From Vicugna vicugna (lineage: Eukaryota), in contig MU061633.1 of assembly GCA_013265495.1 (NCBI GenBank), positions 525,726-589,725 on the forward strand: a stretch of DNA of 64,000 bases. Direction: 5' to 3'. Positions within the stretch are counted from its first letter, which is position 1. Each line of letters starts with the position of its first letter. The position numbers and the translations under genes were made by a program. Shown piece after piece: positions 1-12,564 of this stretch. Under the pieces are notes generated by a model. That model worked only from the letters and a program-made list of their open reading frames with translations. It had not been told where the DNA came from and searched no databases.

Positions 1-386
1 CATTCTAAGTGAAGTAAGCCAGAAAGAGAAAGAAAAATACCATATGAGATCGCTCATATGTGGAATCTAAAAAACAAAAACAAACAAAAACAAAGCATAA
101 ATACAGGACAGAAATAGACTCATGGACAGAGAATACAGACTTGTGGTTATGGGGGGGGTAGAGGGTGGGAAGGGATAGACTGGGATTTCAAAATTGTAGA
201 ATAGATAAACAAGATTACACTGTATAGCACAGGGAAATATACACAAAATGTTATGATAAATCACAGAGAAAAAAATGTGACAATGAGTGTGTATATGTCC
301 ATGAATGACTGAAAAATTGTGCTGAACACTGGAATTTGACACAACACTGTAAAATGATTATGAATCAATAAAAAATGTAAAAAAAA
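1..386 (+). mobile_element. LINE-1 3' end (young, camelid-type 3' UTR), cut by the window edge
   Basis: ORF2-end motif ctaagtgaagtaagccagaaagagaaag; G-rich tract at 151-174; AATAAA at 367-372 then A-rich tail; about 90% identical by hand count to 30813-31015. Confidence 0.9.
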
Positions 387-1435
387 CATATTTCAAATTG
401 AACATTTGAAATGGACACATCTAAGAAAGACTTGCTGTTTCTGTTATGTTTTGCAATTTAAACAGAATTGTTATTTGAAACTCTGACGTGTGTATTTCAA
501 AGTGTGTGACGTATTTTGGGTAACTGTTTTCAGACAGAATATTGAACTATGTTTGGAGTATATCCAATTATCTCAAATCTTGTTTGTAACACCAAAATCT
601 CAGTTTCTATGTCCTCCCCCCCAAAAAAACCTCTCAGTATCTTGACATCAAGGAAATCCATTGGGTTTTTGTCTCAATGAGAATCAAGAATCCAATTAAA
701 CTAAGCAATTTCAAATGACTTAATTACAGAACAGTTTTAAATTGAGTATCAAAATAGGCTGAGAGACCTGAATAGGTTAGAAAATTGAACTGGAAAGATA
801 ACTGTGTGCCAGCCTCTATATTGCATGGGTTTTCTGAGGTTTAACAAGCAATGTTTTTGTCTTTCTGTGTCTAATAAAGTAATAGCGCACCAAACTGGGG
901 AAGCTTGTGTTCAAATTATGTTGACTCTTTAAATGAAATCATGTTGTCCTGGGGCCCTAAGGTGTCATCTAGAATCCTTCTCCTTATTTGACAGCTAGGT
1001 CATTAAGCCCGAGTTTGGACAGGTGGGAAAGGACCCTGCTCCAGATAGCTCCAGGTAATTGACGGCACCGCTGAAACTAAAAGCATGCTAGGCCAGCTCT
1101 CAATTGAGCCTTTTCAGTTTGCTCATTTGTTTGTGGTTTTTTGTTTGTTTGTTTTTGAGGATGCAGAGAAAGGAAGGGAGGAAGAAAGAGGGCTGAAAAG
1201 TTACAATTCTTTTCAGGACGATTCCCTTGCATCCTTGTTTACACACTTGCGACCTTATTTTACTTGTAACATTTCAGCCTACTTTGTAACTTAATATGGT
1301 AGATAAAGGCATAGAAAGCAACTTTTCATGTTGCATATAAAGTCTTCATACACATCATTTTTAGTAGTTATATACTTTTCTGTTGAGTGCATGTGCCATT
1401 ATTTACTGCCATTTCATAGCCTTAAAGTGACCAAT

Positions 1436-1630
1436 GGTGGCTGAGATAGTGGATTAGGAAGACCCTGAGCTCACCTCCTGCCAAAAGCACACAAAAATTA
1501 CAACTATTTACAAAGAAATTATGTTTGAGAACAACCTGAAGACTAGCAGAAAAGATTTTCCAAAACTTAAGATATAAAGAAGAAACTACAACGAGATGGT
1601 AGGAGGGACGGAGACATGGTATAGTCAAGA
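1436..1630 (+). mobile_element. LINE-1 5' UTR start (laurasiatherian/cetartiodactyl type)
   Basis: taggaagaccctgagctcacctcc...gaagactagcagaaaagattttcc...ggtatagtcaaga resembles the first ~200 nt of this L1 5' UTR as recalled. Confidence 0.7.
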
Positions 1631-1959
1631 TCTCACTTATATATGGAATCTAAAAAACAAAACAAAGTGAAAACAGACTCTTGGATAGAGAAAACAGAGC
1701 AGTTGCCCAAAGGGAAGGGGGAGTGAGCAGAATGGAAGGGGATTAAGAGCTACAAGCCTCTGGTTATATAATAAATAAATCATTAGAATGCAATGTACAA
1801 CATAAGGAATACGGTCAATAACATTTTAGTAATTTCACATAGGGACAGATGGTTACTAGACTTACTGTGGTGATCATTTCATAATGAATGCAAAATGTCA
1901 ATCATTATATAGTCCACCTGAGACTAGCATAATTTGTACCTCAGCTGTGTTTTAAAAAA
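1631..1959 (+). mobile_element. LINE-1 3' UTR (L1MA9-derived lineage)
   Basis: tctcacttatatatggaatctaaaaaac...ggggattaagagctacaa...gacagatggttactagacttactgtggtgatcattt...ends in short A run. Confidence 0.85.
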
Positions 1960-3479
1960 TATTAGCAGTTTCATATCTTTCAACCTATAATGTCCACTCC
2001 ATGTCATAGACCCTGTTTAAGGTTATAAATTAGCTGCCATGGATGTTTTGAGGGAATACCAAAATTTAATTCACGTTGAATTGACACAAACATCACAAAC
2101 GTGTGCTTGAATTGTTACCAGCCACTTTCTCCTGGGGAACAGAAAGCTTGTAGCCAGAGTCTCCAGGATGGTTGGCAGCAATCTACTAGAGTTCCTAGTC
2201 CAAAGCCCAGCCTTTGGATGAATGGCAAAGGGATTATTCCAAAGGACCCTACACTGTCCTCGCCCATGGTTTGTGGGTAAGCACCTCTGTGGGGGCCTTG
2301 GCAAGGCTCCTCTGCAGCAGCAGCTGCACCCGTGCTCTGTGGAGCCATTTTGCCGTAAGTTGTATTCAAGTTGTCTGTGGTCTTTGTCCTTGCCTGTTAG
2401 CATCTGTCCATCAAGCACAATAGCAGCATCCTATGGCCATCGCACAGCATTTTGGCACATCAAGCTTTTGCTATTTGGAATTAGTTCCTTAAGAGGGATT
2501 TCTGAAGGGAAATTTCTGTGCTAACAGGTAAAAGCATTTTGGAGACTCTTTCTATGTGATGTCACATTGATTTCCAAAAGGGCATCCCCAGGGTCAAACC
2601 TACCAATAATTGATCAAAGAGCTCATTTCACTACATTATCACCCATATTAGGTGGTGTCGTTTAAAAAGAAAAATGTGTATTAGTTCTCTTTGCAACCTA
2701 GTTTGATGTCTTGGGGTGTTTTCTTGACTGCAGCAACCATGCAAGCAAAAATGGTGGTTCCCTTTCCCTTATCCTCTCAGTCTTCACTTTGCTGAGGGCT
2801 AAGATTTGGGGACAAATATTTGGGAGGAATCAGGAGAGAACATTTTGCTTTCTATACTGCTGCCTTTAGATCTTCAGATGGCCAGATTTTTTTTTTTAAA
2901 CATTGGAATCAATGTTCCAAAGCAAAATAACAGCTTGTTGGTTTTTACTGTTTTGTATTTTGAATTCAGAAATGTTTGTGAGATTAAAAAATTCTTTGTC
3001 TGTAAACTGGGGATGATAGTGATAGTTTTTAGGGCTAAAGAAAAAGCATAGTGTCTTTAAATGATTGTGAGTCATTATTGAGACTATTAGCTAATACGTA
3101 TGTCATCATAATCATTCGTGTACCCATATGTTTCTGTACCAAACAAATTATGGCATGGAGAGAAACCATAGACGGAATTCACAAGGCTGAACTAGTTGCA
3201 TTGTTTGGCAACCTGGACAGTAACTTAGAGTACTGGGGAGAATTGGGGATTTGGAATGAGACTGCTTGAGGTTGTATTGGCCTCTGTCAATTACTAGTTC
3301 TGTGGCTTTGGAAAAGCCTCTTTTCTTTCCTGAGCCCTGGATTCTCATTACTGAGCCCAGTGTGGCCAAGAAGACTCCCGAGGTCATAAATACAATGTAC
3401 CTGGCACATTGGAGAAACAGCTTAAGTGCTAGTGAGGGAGCATACAGTGGAGCGGCTTCAGATAGCATGCTATTAGCAC

Positions 3480-3665
3480 ACAGATCTCAATTCAGACACT
3501 ATCTCCATTGAATTAATTTTTAAAACCCTCTGGGGTTCAGCTTCTTTATCTAGTAAAATAATCATGCCTACACTTAGGGATGTTGCGAAAGATCAAAGGA
3601 GATAACAACTGTGTAGTGTTTAGCCTGGTGCCTGATACATGGCAAATGTGAACTGAATGGTTGAT
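3480..3665 (+). mobile_element. MIR SINE
   Basis: cagcttctttatctagtaaaataat...gtgtttagcctggtgcctgatacat matches MIR core and 3' part. Confidence 0.6.
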
Positions 3666-4143
3666 TGATATTATTAGATGGTAATATTTCCCCCTCTACT
3701 CTTCTTTCGTCAAGCACTCAGAATGCAGCCACAGATTCCTTTCCCAGTGTAGATATTAATATCTACCCCGATGTGCTTTCCAGACCTTAGCTGCTTGTCA
3801 AAAAATGAATAATGCGTGTCACTTTGATTACTGTTCTTTTCAGAGCGCCTTCATGGTGGCAGGTTGTTTTTCTGTATGTGCCACAAAAATACTTAATAAT
3901 AGATGCGAATCCTGAAGGCATTCTTTGTAGTAACAATGTTTAACTGCCTGTATGCTAAAGCTATATTTCCTTTCAGCTGCCTTAAGCACTCTTAATTAAA
4001 TCTCCCTGTTCAGCAGCTGAGTGTTCGACCTTGAAAATGAAAGGTTAACCAAAAGAGAGACTGTATATCTGTATGTATGTGTGTACACAAAGATAGATAT
4101 ATGTAAAGAAAGATAGGTGATAGTGCATAGATAGATCAAAAGA

Positions 4144-4149
4144 GATAGA

Positions 4150-4183
<34 letters not shown>
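4144..4183. repeat. Compound microsatellite (GATA)6(GACA)4
   Basis: Counted directly. Confidence 0.97.
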
Positions 4184-4246
4184 TGGAGGTCCACATTTAA
4201 TTATCCAGAACACAAAAGTATTATGCCTTAAAGCCTTATTTCTTTT

Positions 4247-4262
4247 CTCTCTCTCTCTCTCT
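4247..4262. repeat. (CT)8 microsatellite
   Basis: Counted directly. Confidence 0.9.
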
Positions 4263-4779
4263 GTCTCCACAATTAGGTTTCTATACAAAAGCATGAGCAT
4301 TTCCTGCCAATTCCTGCCTAGCTACTAAAAAATTTGGACATGTCTTAATAGTTAACCTCCAGATCATGTGATCACATTTCTATAAGTCAGCAAAAACCAA
4401 GAACAGTTTCAAACATCTGTCACTTAAATAAGAAATATATTACTTTAACTAAAAGGACACTTGTTAGAACAAGAATTCTATTAAACATCAATCAAAGCCA
4501 GAGACTTGCCTAAGGTCAGCCTTGTGCTTGTTAACTCAGTCAAAATCCGTTCTTCAACTTCAAATTTAGTCTTTACAAGGCTGTATGACTGAGTTTCTTC
4601 TTAATTTATTCCTCCCTGAAAGAATAACTCCATGAAAAAGCATTAGAAATAAAAATATAAGTAAGAGGCAATCAGCTTAGATCTGTTTCTCTCCCAGGAG
4701 GAGCACCAGGCTCCATATGGACCTTATCACACACATGACGTTTAGAACCACAGTAGGCCACAGCACTGGGGTCCTTTGC

Positions 4780-5215
4780 ATCTGATGGTGGATAACCTGG
4801 ATTCTCTTGCCCCTCTAGTCTTGGGTGAAATGACATACCAAAGAGCATGAGGTGTGACTTTCTGAGAAGCTGCCCAAAAGAGCCAGGTAATGAAATGCAG
4901 AAAGTGTGGTGGAGTCATTGTCTCACTCAGTGGAATTTGACCAGTTGATGAGAGAGGATGGGAGACAGCCAACATGTCAAATATTCTAGTCCTCTCCCAG
5001 AAAGCCAAACTGGATATCTCCCAAATGACAGAACAACTGTTTGTGTCTCTTTGTGGAGAGGTAGCTGGCTTCCTAATTCATCAGCTTACACTTTCCCTCT
5101 CCCCTGTTTTACTTCCTTTTCTCCTAATCTTGTTTAGTTGAAACTACATCTCGTAACAAACCATCAACATTTAAGCTTTAATTCAGGCTTCTTTCTAGGG
5201 AAACTCAGATAAGCA
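4780..5215 (+). mobile_element. ERVL-class LTR (LTR40/LTR41-like), 5' LTR of a decayed provirus; left edge uncertain
   Basis: Ends acatttaagctttaattcaggcttctttctagggaaactcagataagca, like the LTR40/41 U5 end, followed by an ERVL leader. Confidence 0.55.
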
Positions 5216-6590
5216 AGTGGTTTTTAGGAGCAGACCTACAAAGCAGACCTAAAGGTTGAAATTTAGTACTAAGACGGACTCTGCTGAGAAGCAACAGGTA
5301 CCCCATTGTTGTAGGTAGATGCAATGTTAATAACCCCTGGCGTGTAATGGCATCACATTTAATAAAATTTTCATCTGTGGATAATATAACGTGGTATAGG
5401 ATGAGATCAAGCCATCGCAGGGTCAGGTAGCTGTTTTATAAATCCAAATAAAGGAAATGATAATTAAAGAATCGCACCATTTGTAGCTCCTTTTGATAAC
5501 ACAGTAGAGCTTGTAAGCAGAAAACGATGGGTTTAATGTAGTTACTGACCAATGTAATGCATGCTATGAAAATGAGAAGGCCATTATGGCAGTTTTAAAG
5601 AGACTTCTATCTCCTGCAACCACAGAGCAGCGCGTTGCAAGATAATACTTGTTATTGAATAAGCAATAATCCATAGACTTGAAGGCACTGACCTGTTGCT
5701 TGGGATTGGAAGCTGTATGAAGGGCATCTGAAATCATTCCTAGTAGTGGTGTGGATGGGTCCTAGGCCTGGACTTACCAATAGCCAATAGTAATAAAACT
5801 AGAGATTCCAGAACTTCCTTCTTGTATTATTAGAGGAGGATTCAGCAGACTTAGAGAGGTAGGATGGTAGAGTGGATTTATTATACAATCTGAGAACCCA
5901 TCACTTGTCTGTATTCCCTGGAAAGGCCAGAGCACACCTTTCCTATTAGGATAATAAGGAACATACTGGTAAGGGTCCCATTCGTACCTTTGAGATCCAC
6001 TACAGTGGGTCTCCTCTACAGCCGTGGAATTGAACCCCTGCCATCTTAGAGATGACAGGATTTTGGACTAGCAGAGGCCAGGCTTTGAGATTTCATCATC
6101 ATAAGCAGGGTAGATATAATGGGAACCAAGTTTAGTGTAGTAATAATGAAGCTTTGGCCCACCGGAATCTATGGCTACAACTAGTATATCATAGTATTCC
6201 AAAATCAGAAGAAATTGAATCTGGTGAGCAGAAGGCTGACATCTGCCACCAAAACAGAAAATCACAGAACTTCATTCAGGTCCCAGATCTAACTCAGTTC
6301 ACAGCCCCATAGCCCATGGATCAAAGGGGAGACAAGGTCTTCTTGAGAAAGGATTCGGTAGTGCCACCAAACTTAGGTACAGTATGTATTCTTTCAGTCC
6401 TTCAGCAGAGAAACCTGCGCCATTTTCCAGAGTAACTGCAAGGGGGAAATGAACAACCAAACTTTTAAAAGATACTGAGATGCAAAGTTTGAACAGTCAC
6501 TGATATCCAGAAAACTAAAATGCAATTTTAGTCCTCTAGTTCGATTAGGACTTATGCAAGCCAAGTGGTAAATTATCTTGGTTCCTTTCT
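5216..6590 (+). mobile_element. Decayed ERVL internal region (leader, gag, protease), multiply disrupted
   Basis: Leader agtggtttttaggagcagacc; ataacccctggcgtgtaatggca gag start region; 6400-6590 resembles the ERVL protease region (RVTVHWGKG...LLDTG..LTLIPGDP-like, degenerate). Confidence 0.75.
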
Positions 6591-6637
6591 CTCTCAAAAT
6601 GGCTAAAATAGGTTCACACATTCATAACACGCACATG

Positions 6638-6661
6638 CACACACACACACACACACACACA
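6638..6661. repeat. (CA)12 microsatellite
   Basis: Counted directly. Confidence 0.97.
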
Positions 6662-6874
6662 AGCATCCTGTGCTTGTTTACTTGCTCCCAAAATGAAGAA
6701 TCGGGACATATAGACATATACTTAGCAGCAATCACTGCCCTCACTTTGGTTCCTGCCTTACAGAATAATGACATTATGAGAGGGACTAGCCAGGTGGGGT
6801 CTTTGAAACCGCCCCTACACACATACACCAAAATAGTGAATCAGAAGCAATATCTAATTCCTGGCTGACTGGTG

Positions 6875-7136
6875 TAGTTTAGTACCTATTTGATATTACA
6901 TTTCCTCAGCCAACCATTACCTTCAGCTTTAGCTGTGGTGGAGAGTTTCCGTCTATACCGACAGCATTCCACTTCAAGGAATGTTTATTCTCTAGGCGGC
7001 TGAAGCCTGGAAGCAGGAGACAGAAGGAGCTGGCATCCCCAGAGGTAGTCATCAGCCTGAGATCACTGCCCAAATAAAGTATATGATCCCAAGTCTTTGT
7101 CTCAGGCGGTGCTTCTGGTGAAACCCAAGCTAAGAT
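6875..7136 (+). mobile_element. Short ERVL LTR (LTR16/LTR33-like, internally deleted)
   Basis: Ends cccaaataaagtatatgatcccaagtctttgtctcaggcggtgcttctggtgaaacccaagctaagat. Confidence 0.55.
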
Positions 7137-7139
7137 GGT

Positions 7140-7635
7140 ACCACCGTCAAAGACTTGACAGACTCATGAGGGTGTGGTCTTCCCACATCCCTGCTCAACT
7201 CACTGTCAGCAAAGCCTGATCCACCATGGTAGCTGTCAGTGGTCTACTGTAAATGAAAAAGTAGTAGCCTTCAATGTAGTGGTTGTACCGAATGCTATCT
7301 CTGGCACTTTCTGTGTGGCTTTTAATTAGGCAAACACTTTTTCTCTGTACAGCAATTAAGAGTGAAGCGTGAAGCCAGATAGATGTCACACAGCAAGAAC
7401 AGCGGCGCATGCTCACTTTCTTGTCTCAGAACGATGGAGGCAACAGGGTGGGATCCTGCCTGTCAAACCAGATTCAGGTATTGCTACAAACAGAGACTGA
7501 TGCTGAGCATTAATTACAGGACATTCCTCCTGGGGACCAGCCAGTCAACTGATGGCAGGTGATTATATCTGATCCCTTCCATGTTGGAGGAGGCAGTTAC
7601 TTTTCCTCACCAGAATTCGTACATGTTCTACATAT
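7140..7635 (+). mobile_element. Decayed ERVL pol/integrase fragment
   Basis: ggggaccagccagtcaactgatggcaggtgattatatctgatcccttcc is a degenerate version of the ERVL integrase GDQPATWWQVDYIGPLP motif. Confidence 0.75.
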
Positions 7636-7639
7636 GGAA

Positions 7640-7927
7640 ATGCAGAAGAGTTAACAGCCTTGGCATGACCACTGATAAATGGTAGACGTGAGCCAGGAGA
7701 GAACCATCCCTGACTGCAGGCGTCCTGTATGACCAAATACCAGATTAAACGTTTTTATTGAGCTGTGAGTAGCTCACAGATGCATCTAATTGTATTTGCT
7801 TTACACTTTCTTCTCTGTTCACTTCACTTTTCCCTCAATCTCACTGCTCTGAATTGCTCCTTCCAATAAAGCATTAGCATTTGAAATTTGCCATAGGCTC
7901 AGTTTTCTAGGGAACCTGGCCAAGTCA
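7640..7927 (+). mobile_element. ERVL LTR (LTR40-like), 3' LTR
   Basis: Ends ccaataaagcattagcatttgaaatttgccataggctcagttttctagggaacctggccaagtca. Confidence 0.7.
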
Positions 7928-8584
7928 GTGTCCTCTTTAATGAGTGCATAAAGCATCACACTAAAAGTTTTATGGAATAAAAATTTTACCACTGTCAACT
8001 AAGTGAAGTTCTTGACTTGAAGAGGATACAAATGTACACTGAAGTCACTTAAAATCGGAGCGGAAGGCGAGCTTTTAAAAACTTGCAGATAAGATTTAGC
8101 CTTTATCTTCAGAGACAGCGAATAAAAGAAAAACCTTGCTGCACAATTGATCCTGAAAGAAAGTAATAATTAATTCAGTCTCATAAAGTACAGTATAGGG
8201 ATTTAAGATGCAAACTGACGTCTGACAGTGCTGGGAAGTATTTATTCATTAACTTTTACAAACACAAATGGCACAATTTTAAAAGATTCCTACATTTCAA
8301 GAATGGAATAATGATAATAATGATAGTGGTAATAATAATACTAACTTTAAAAATTAAATTCCAGATTTAATTTTGCATCCCATAAGGTGAGGTGGCAATA
8401 GGAGGTTCTGGCTTTGGCTTTGGCCAAAGATTTTGTACTCAGTCCTTTGGCAATTGTCCATCATGAATATTTAAGACACCTCTAAGGCTTTATCCCCTTC
8501 CTTAAATGCCACTGAATAGCATTTGATATGGACACAACACTAGGAAACTGGAGTTTAGGGAACAGTATTCACAGTAGAATTAGT

Positions 8585-8790
8585 AATAACTAGTTGCGTG
8601 TATTAAACAGTCCACTGAGCACCTTAAATCACAATCAAGTCTAATATTTGTGATACTTTAAGTACATAATATACCCTCTTATCAATGAAAAAACTGAAGG
8701 ACAAAGGGTTTAATAAAGGATTTCATGTCACCCAGCTCGTTAGTGACACACTAAACATGATTGCAGGTCAGTCTCTCCGACAGCCTGTGC
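8585..8790 (-). mobile_element. MIR SINE
   Basis: aatgaaaaaactgaaggacaaaggg...tgtcacccagctcgttagtgac is the reverse MIR core. Confidence 0.6.
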
Positions 8791-8884
8791 CCTTCAGAAG
8801 GGTGAATAATTCTTGAATATTTATCCTGTGCAGTCTTTGTTCTTCGACACTTTCGGCGTTCTAAACCCCAACACACAAAAGAAG

Positions 8885-9020
8885 TAGTTACCACATTGAC
8901 CCCTACTGGACAATTGAGGTGGTCAGGGGGCCAAGAAATTAATTAACTTGTCCAAAGTTACAGAACTAGTAAGTGTAAGTGCAGGGATTCAAGAAATCTG
9001 GCACTAAAACCTGCTCTTTG
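8885..9020 (-). mobile_element. MIR SINE fragment
   Basis: aattaacttgtccaaagttacagaactagtaagtg...gggattcaa. Confidence 0.6.
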
Positions 9021-9969
9021 TCGGCTGCTCATCTTCTCCATTCCCAACCAGATACGAAGTGCAACCCTAAGGGTTACTATAACTGATTCATACATTTATT
9101 TTCAGATGTCAACCTCACTCATTCTCAACAAAGTCTGTGATGGAATCATTATGTCTTCAATTCCAAGAATCCTTCCAAATTTTTATGTGAAGGGACACCT
9201 AAGAACAGGCCCACCCACAATGGGGCCCCAGATAGGTAAGCAGTTCCTCTAGAGAGAATGGTTTCATAACAAGACTATTTTTTGAGCCTGAGTGTTCTAT
9301 ATTTTGTATATACACAGGGAAGAACAGTTCTGATGTTCTCCTAGAGAACAAAGACCATGGGAAAAATCTTATTTCTTAGAAGATAAGACAGAGCTAGTGT
9401 TCAGCACTATAAACTGGATGAAAGGAAGAGAGCTTCAGGCTGTACCTTTTCTTTTTGAAAGTTCTTGTATCCCTTACAAAAATAAGCACTGTGCAGTCCT
9501 CATTTTATCAGAACCGCTACGGGCCTACTTGGATCACTCTGGAACACAGGAAGTGATTAAAAATGTGTAAGTTCAGTCCAGCCAATTCGGCTATCTTATT
9601 AACTTTTACAATACTTGAAAAGGTCCATAATTTAAAATTTTGTAAAACACTAAGGAAGGTATTTATATAACAATAAATAGTCCTGAGGCAGAAGCATTCT
9701 TAGAATATTTTACATGAACATATATGAACTCCACACAACAAAAACATTGGAAGTACAATGGCCACATGATTCTAGTGTTAATTAATGCCTCCTCACTGTT
9801 CCACATGGTTAGGATGGGCTAATGTTAATGTCTCCAACCCACACACTGCAAAAACCTCCACAGAGTTGAGCTCTCCACTAGTTCAAAGGCTATAATTATG
9901 TATATTCACATTTCTATGATTTATTCCATAAAAGTAGTGTGGAATGATATTAAAATAAACTCTCACCCC

Positions 9970-11310
9970 ATTTTTAAACTAAGGTATAATTTCATGCAGT
10001 AAAATTCTCTTTTTCTTAGTGTTTAGCAAGTTTTGAGAAATGCACACAATCTTGTAAGTACTATCCAAACCAAGATACAAAGATATAGAACATGTCATCA
10101 CCTCCAAAAAATCTACCCAACACTCCTCTGCAGTCAATTCCTCCACGTAACCCAACGGTCATATAAATAGAAATACAGCAAATAAACTTTTGACTCTGGT
10201 TTCTTTCATTTAGCATAATACATTTAAGAATCCTTCATGCTGTTGCTTTTTATTTTTTTCCTTCTACTTGGTGAATAATATTCCACTGAATGGATGTACC
10301 ACTGTCTCTTTATTCACTAGTTGAATGCCCTTTGGGTGTTTTCAATTTAAAGTTATTAATAACAAAACCATAACAAATACTGATATAAAAGTTTTTTTGT
10401 GTGTGGCTACTCCAGAGTGGAATGAAGTTATATGGTCCATGTATATTTAACTTTATAATAAACTGGTAAACTTTTCCCAAGAAGCCATACTGTTTTGCAT
10501 TCCCATGAATTACGTATGAAAATTCCTGCTGTTGTGCATCCTTGTCAGTAGATAGTATTATCAGTTATTTTGTTTTAGCCATTCTACTAGGTGTGTAGTT
10601 ATCTTATTGCGGTTTTAGTTTCATTTCATTAATAACTAATAATGAGCATTTTATTATGCTGATACCTTTTATATACATATGCATACACATTAGATTGGAG
10701 CATTTGTTTATGATACAGTTTTTGAGAGTCTTTATATTTGCAAGTATTTCCTCACAGTCTGTGACTTCATTATTTTCCATTGTTGATTTCTAGTTCAACT
10801 TTATATGATATTAAGCCTCTTAAATTTGGTAACTTTTTAAATGTCTCACAATGTGGTTTTTCTTAGTGAATGTTTCGTATGATCTTGAAACAAATGTGTA
10901 TTCTGTTCTTCCTGTCAAACTGGTCAAGTTGGTTGATGGTCTTTTCCAGGTCTTCTATATTCTTATCAATTGTTTGTCTATTTGTTTTGTCAGGTACTGA
11001 AATAGGAGTGTTGAAGTCTCTAATTATAATTGTGAATAGTCTATTTTCCTTTTCAGTATTATCATTTTGACATCATGTATTTTGAAGCTCTTCTATTAAC
11101 TGCAAACACATTTTAAATGGTTACTTCTACTTAGGGAAATATTCCCTTTATCATTATGTAATGTCTCTCTTTATCTCTGATGATATTCCTTGTTCTGGAG
11201 CCTACTTTGGGTGAGATTAATGGAGCCTCTCCAGTTTCCTTTGATTAGAGTTTGCATGATATATCCTTCTCTATTCTTTCACTTGTAGTCTATCCATGGC
11301 TTTTCTCTTT
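9970..11310 (-). mobile_element. Old LINE-1 (L1MC/MD/ME-type): 3' UTR and ORF2 end (9970-10790) joined to ORF2 endonuclease region (10790-11310)
   Basis: ttctttcatttagcataata..., tagccattctactaggtgtgtag, gaaacaaatgtgtattctg, actgaaataggagtgttgaagtctctaattataattgtg are reverse-strand L1 motifs. Confidence 0.8.
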
Positions 11311-12124
11311 GTTGGGGCACCTGTTTTTACTTAGATTTAAAGACAGTTATTTTCACTGTCTTCAGCTTTATGATGGATTATAAAAATCTAATTTGTAGAT
11401 GGTTGGATTTTTATTGCTGTAGAGCTGCTTGGAACACTTTATCGTTTTCTGAATTCTAAACAGAATAAATAAACTTCCAATTTTTACTAAGCTGTACTTT
11501 TTTCTTTTTGAAGAGATTGGAATTTTGACGCTCCTCCAGATTTGTAGATGTCTGCTATATCTCTCTGGCAATATTCATATGCACATACTGACACTGTATA
11601 TTGAAAGGGCTTATAAATCCCCCTGACATGTGGAGAGGAAGAAAAAAAAAAACATCAGGATGAATGCAATTTGGGAAAACTTTTCTTATTCACCAGAAGC
11701 CTATGGTCTTTTTGTGGCAAGAATTTGCTGGTTTCCCATTACAACTTAGTTTTTAGTAAGAGAATTCCAATTTTAATTTGGACCCATCAGTAGGGAGAAA
11801 AGGCCACATTTCTTAACTTTTCTAGCAGTTATTCACGTGATGACTTTGTGAACAACAAGATATAAGAATAATTATTATGTAAGTTTTTCTGAAAGTCTGA
11901 TTAAAGGGAACTTCCTCATCTGGGAGATGCACATTTGTACCCTTCAACCTTTCTTTCTTCGGTGGAAATTATGGCTGGAGCCTCAGCAGGCATCTTGGGT
12001 TATAGTGATTCTAAGGATGGAAGTCATGTTCTAAATAGCATTACGGAACAAAACTATAGGAGTCCTTCCTACTCCCTCCATCCAGCCTCCTTTCCTTCCT
12101 CCCTTCCTCCCTCCCTTTCGTCTT

Positions 12125-12300
12125 AACTGTACAAATATGTATTCATTTTCCTATGTGCCAGGGATTTCTCTAAGAACTAAATAAGAGTAAAATTTTAAAG
12201 AAGAAAAATCACTGGTTTCATGGGCTTTTTGAAAGCTGAAGAAAGGAATAAACAGATAAATAAAATATTTATTTGTATCATAAGTGTTATCAATAAATTC
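12125..12300 (-). mobile_element. L2 3' fragment
   Basis: caaatatgtattcattttcctatgtgccaggg... Confidence 0.5.
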
Positions 12301-12564
12301 ATCAACCAAGTGCATTAGGGTGTACTAGCATAGAGAGAGGTGGCCATAGCAGGCCACTTAGCTGGTGCGGCCATAGAAGGGAAGTGGAGTAAAGAAACTC
12401 CTGAAGGAGGTAAGGAGAGGAGGTCTTGGCGACAGTTGATGGAGGAATTAACAAGATAAGTACTGTGAGGGAGATGTGCTTGTTTACTAGAAGAATGGCA
12501 AGACTTATGTTGTAGTTAGAGTGAAATGATAGAGAGGGTGGCTGAGAAGCAGGAAAGGGTAAGA

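Noticed and set aside
151-174. G-quadruplex motif as a novel element
   Set aside because: It is the known G-rich tract of the L1 3' UTR.
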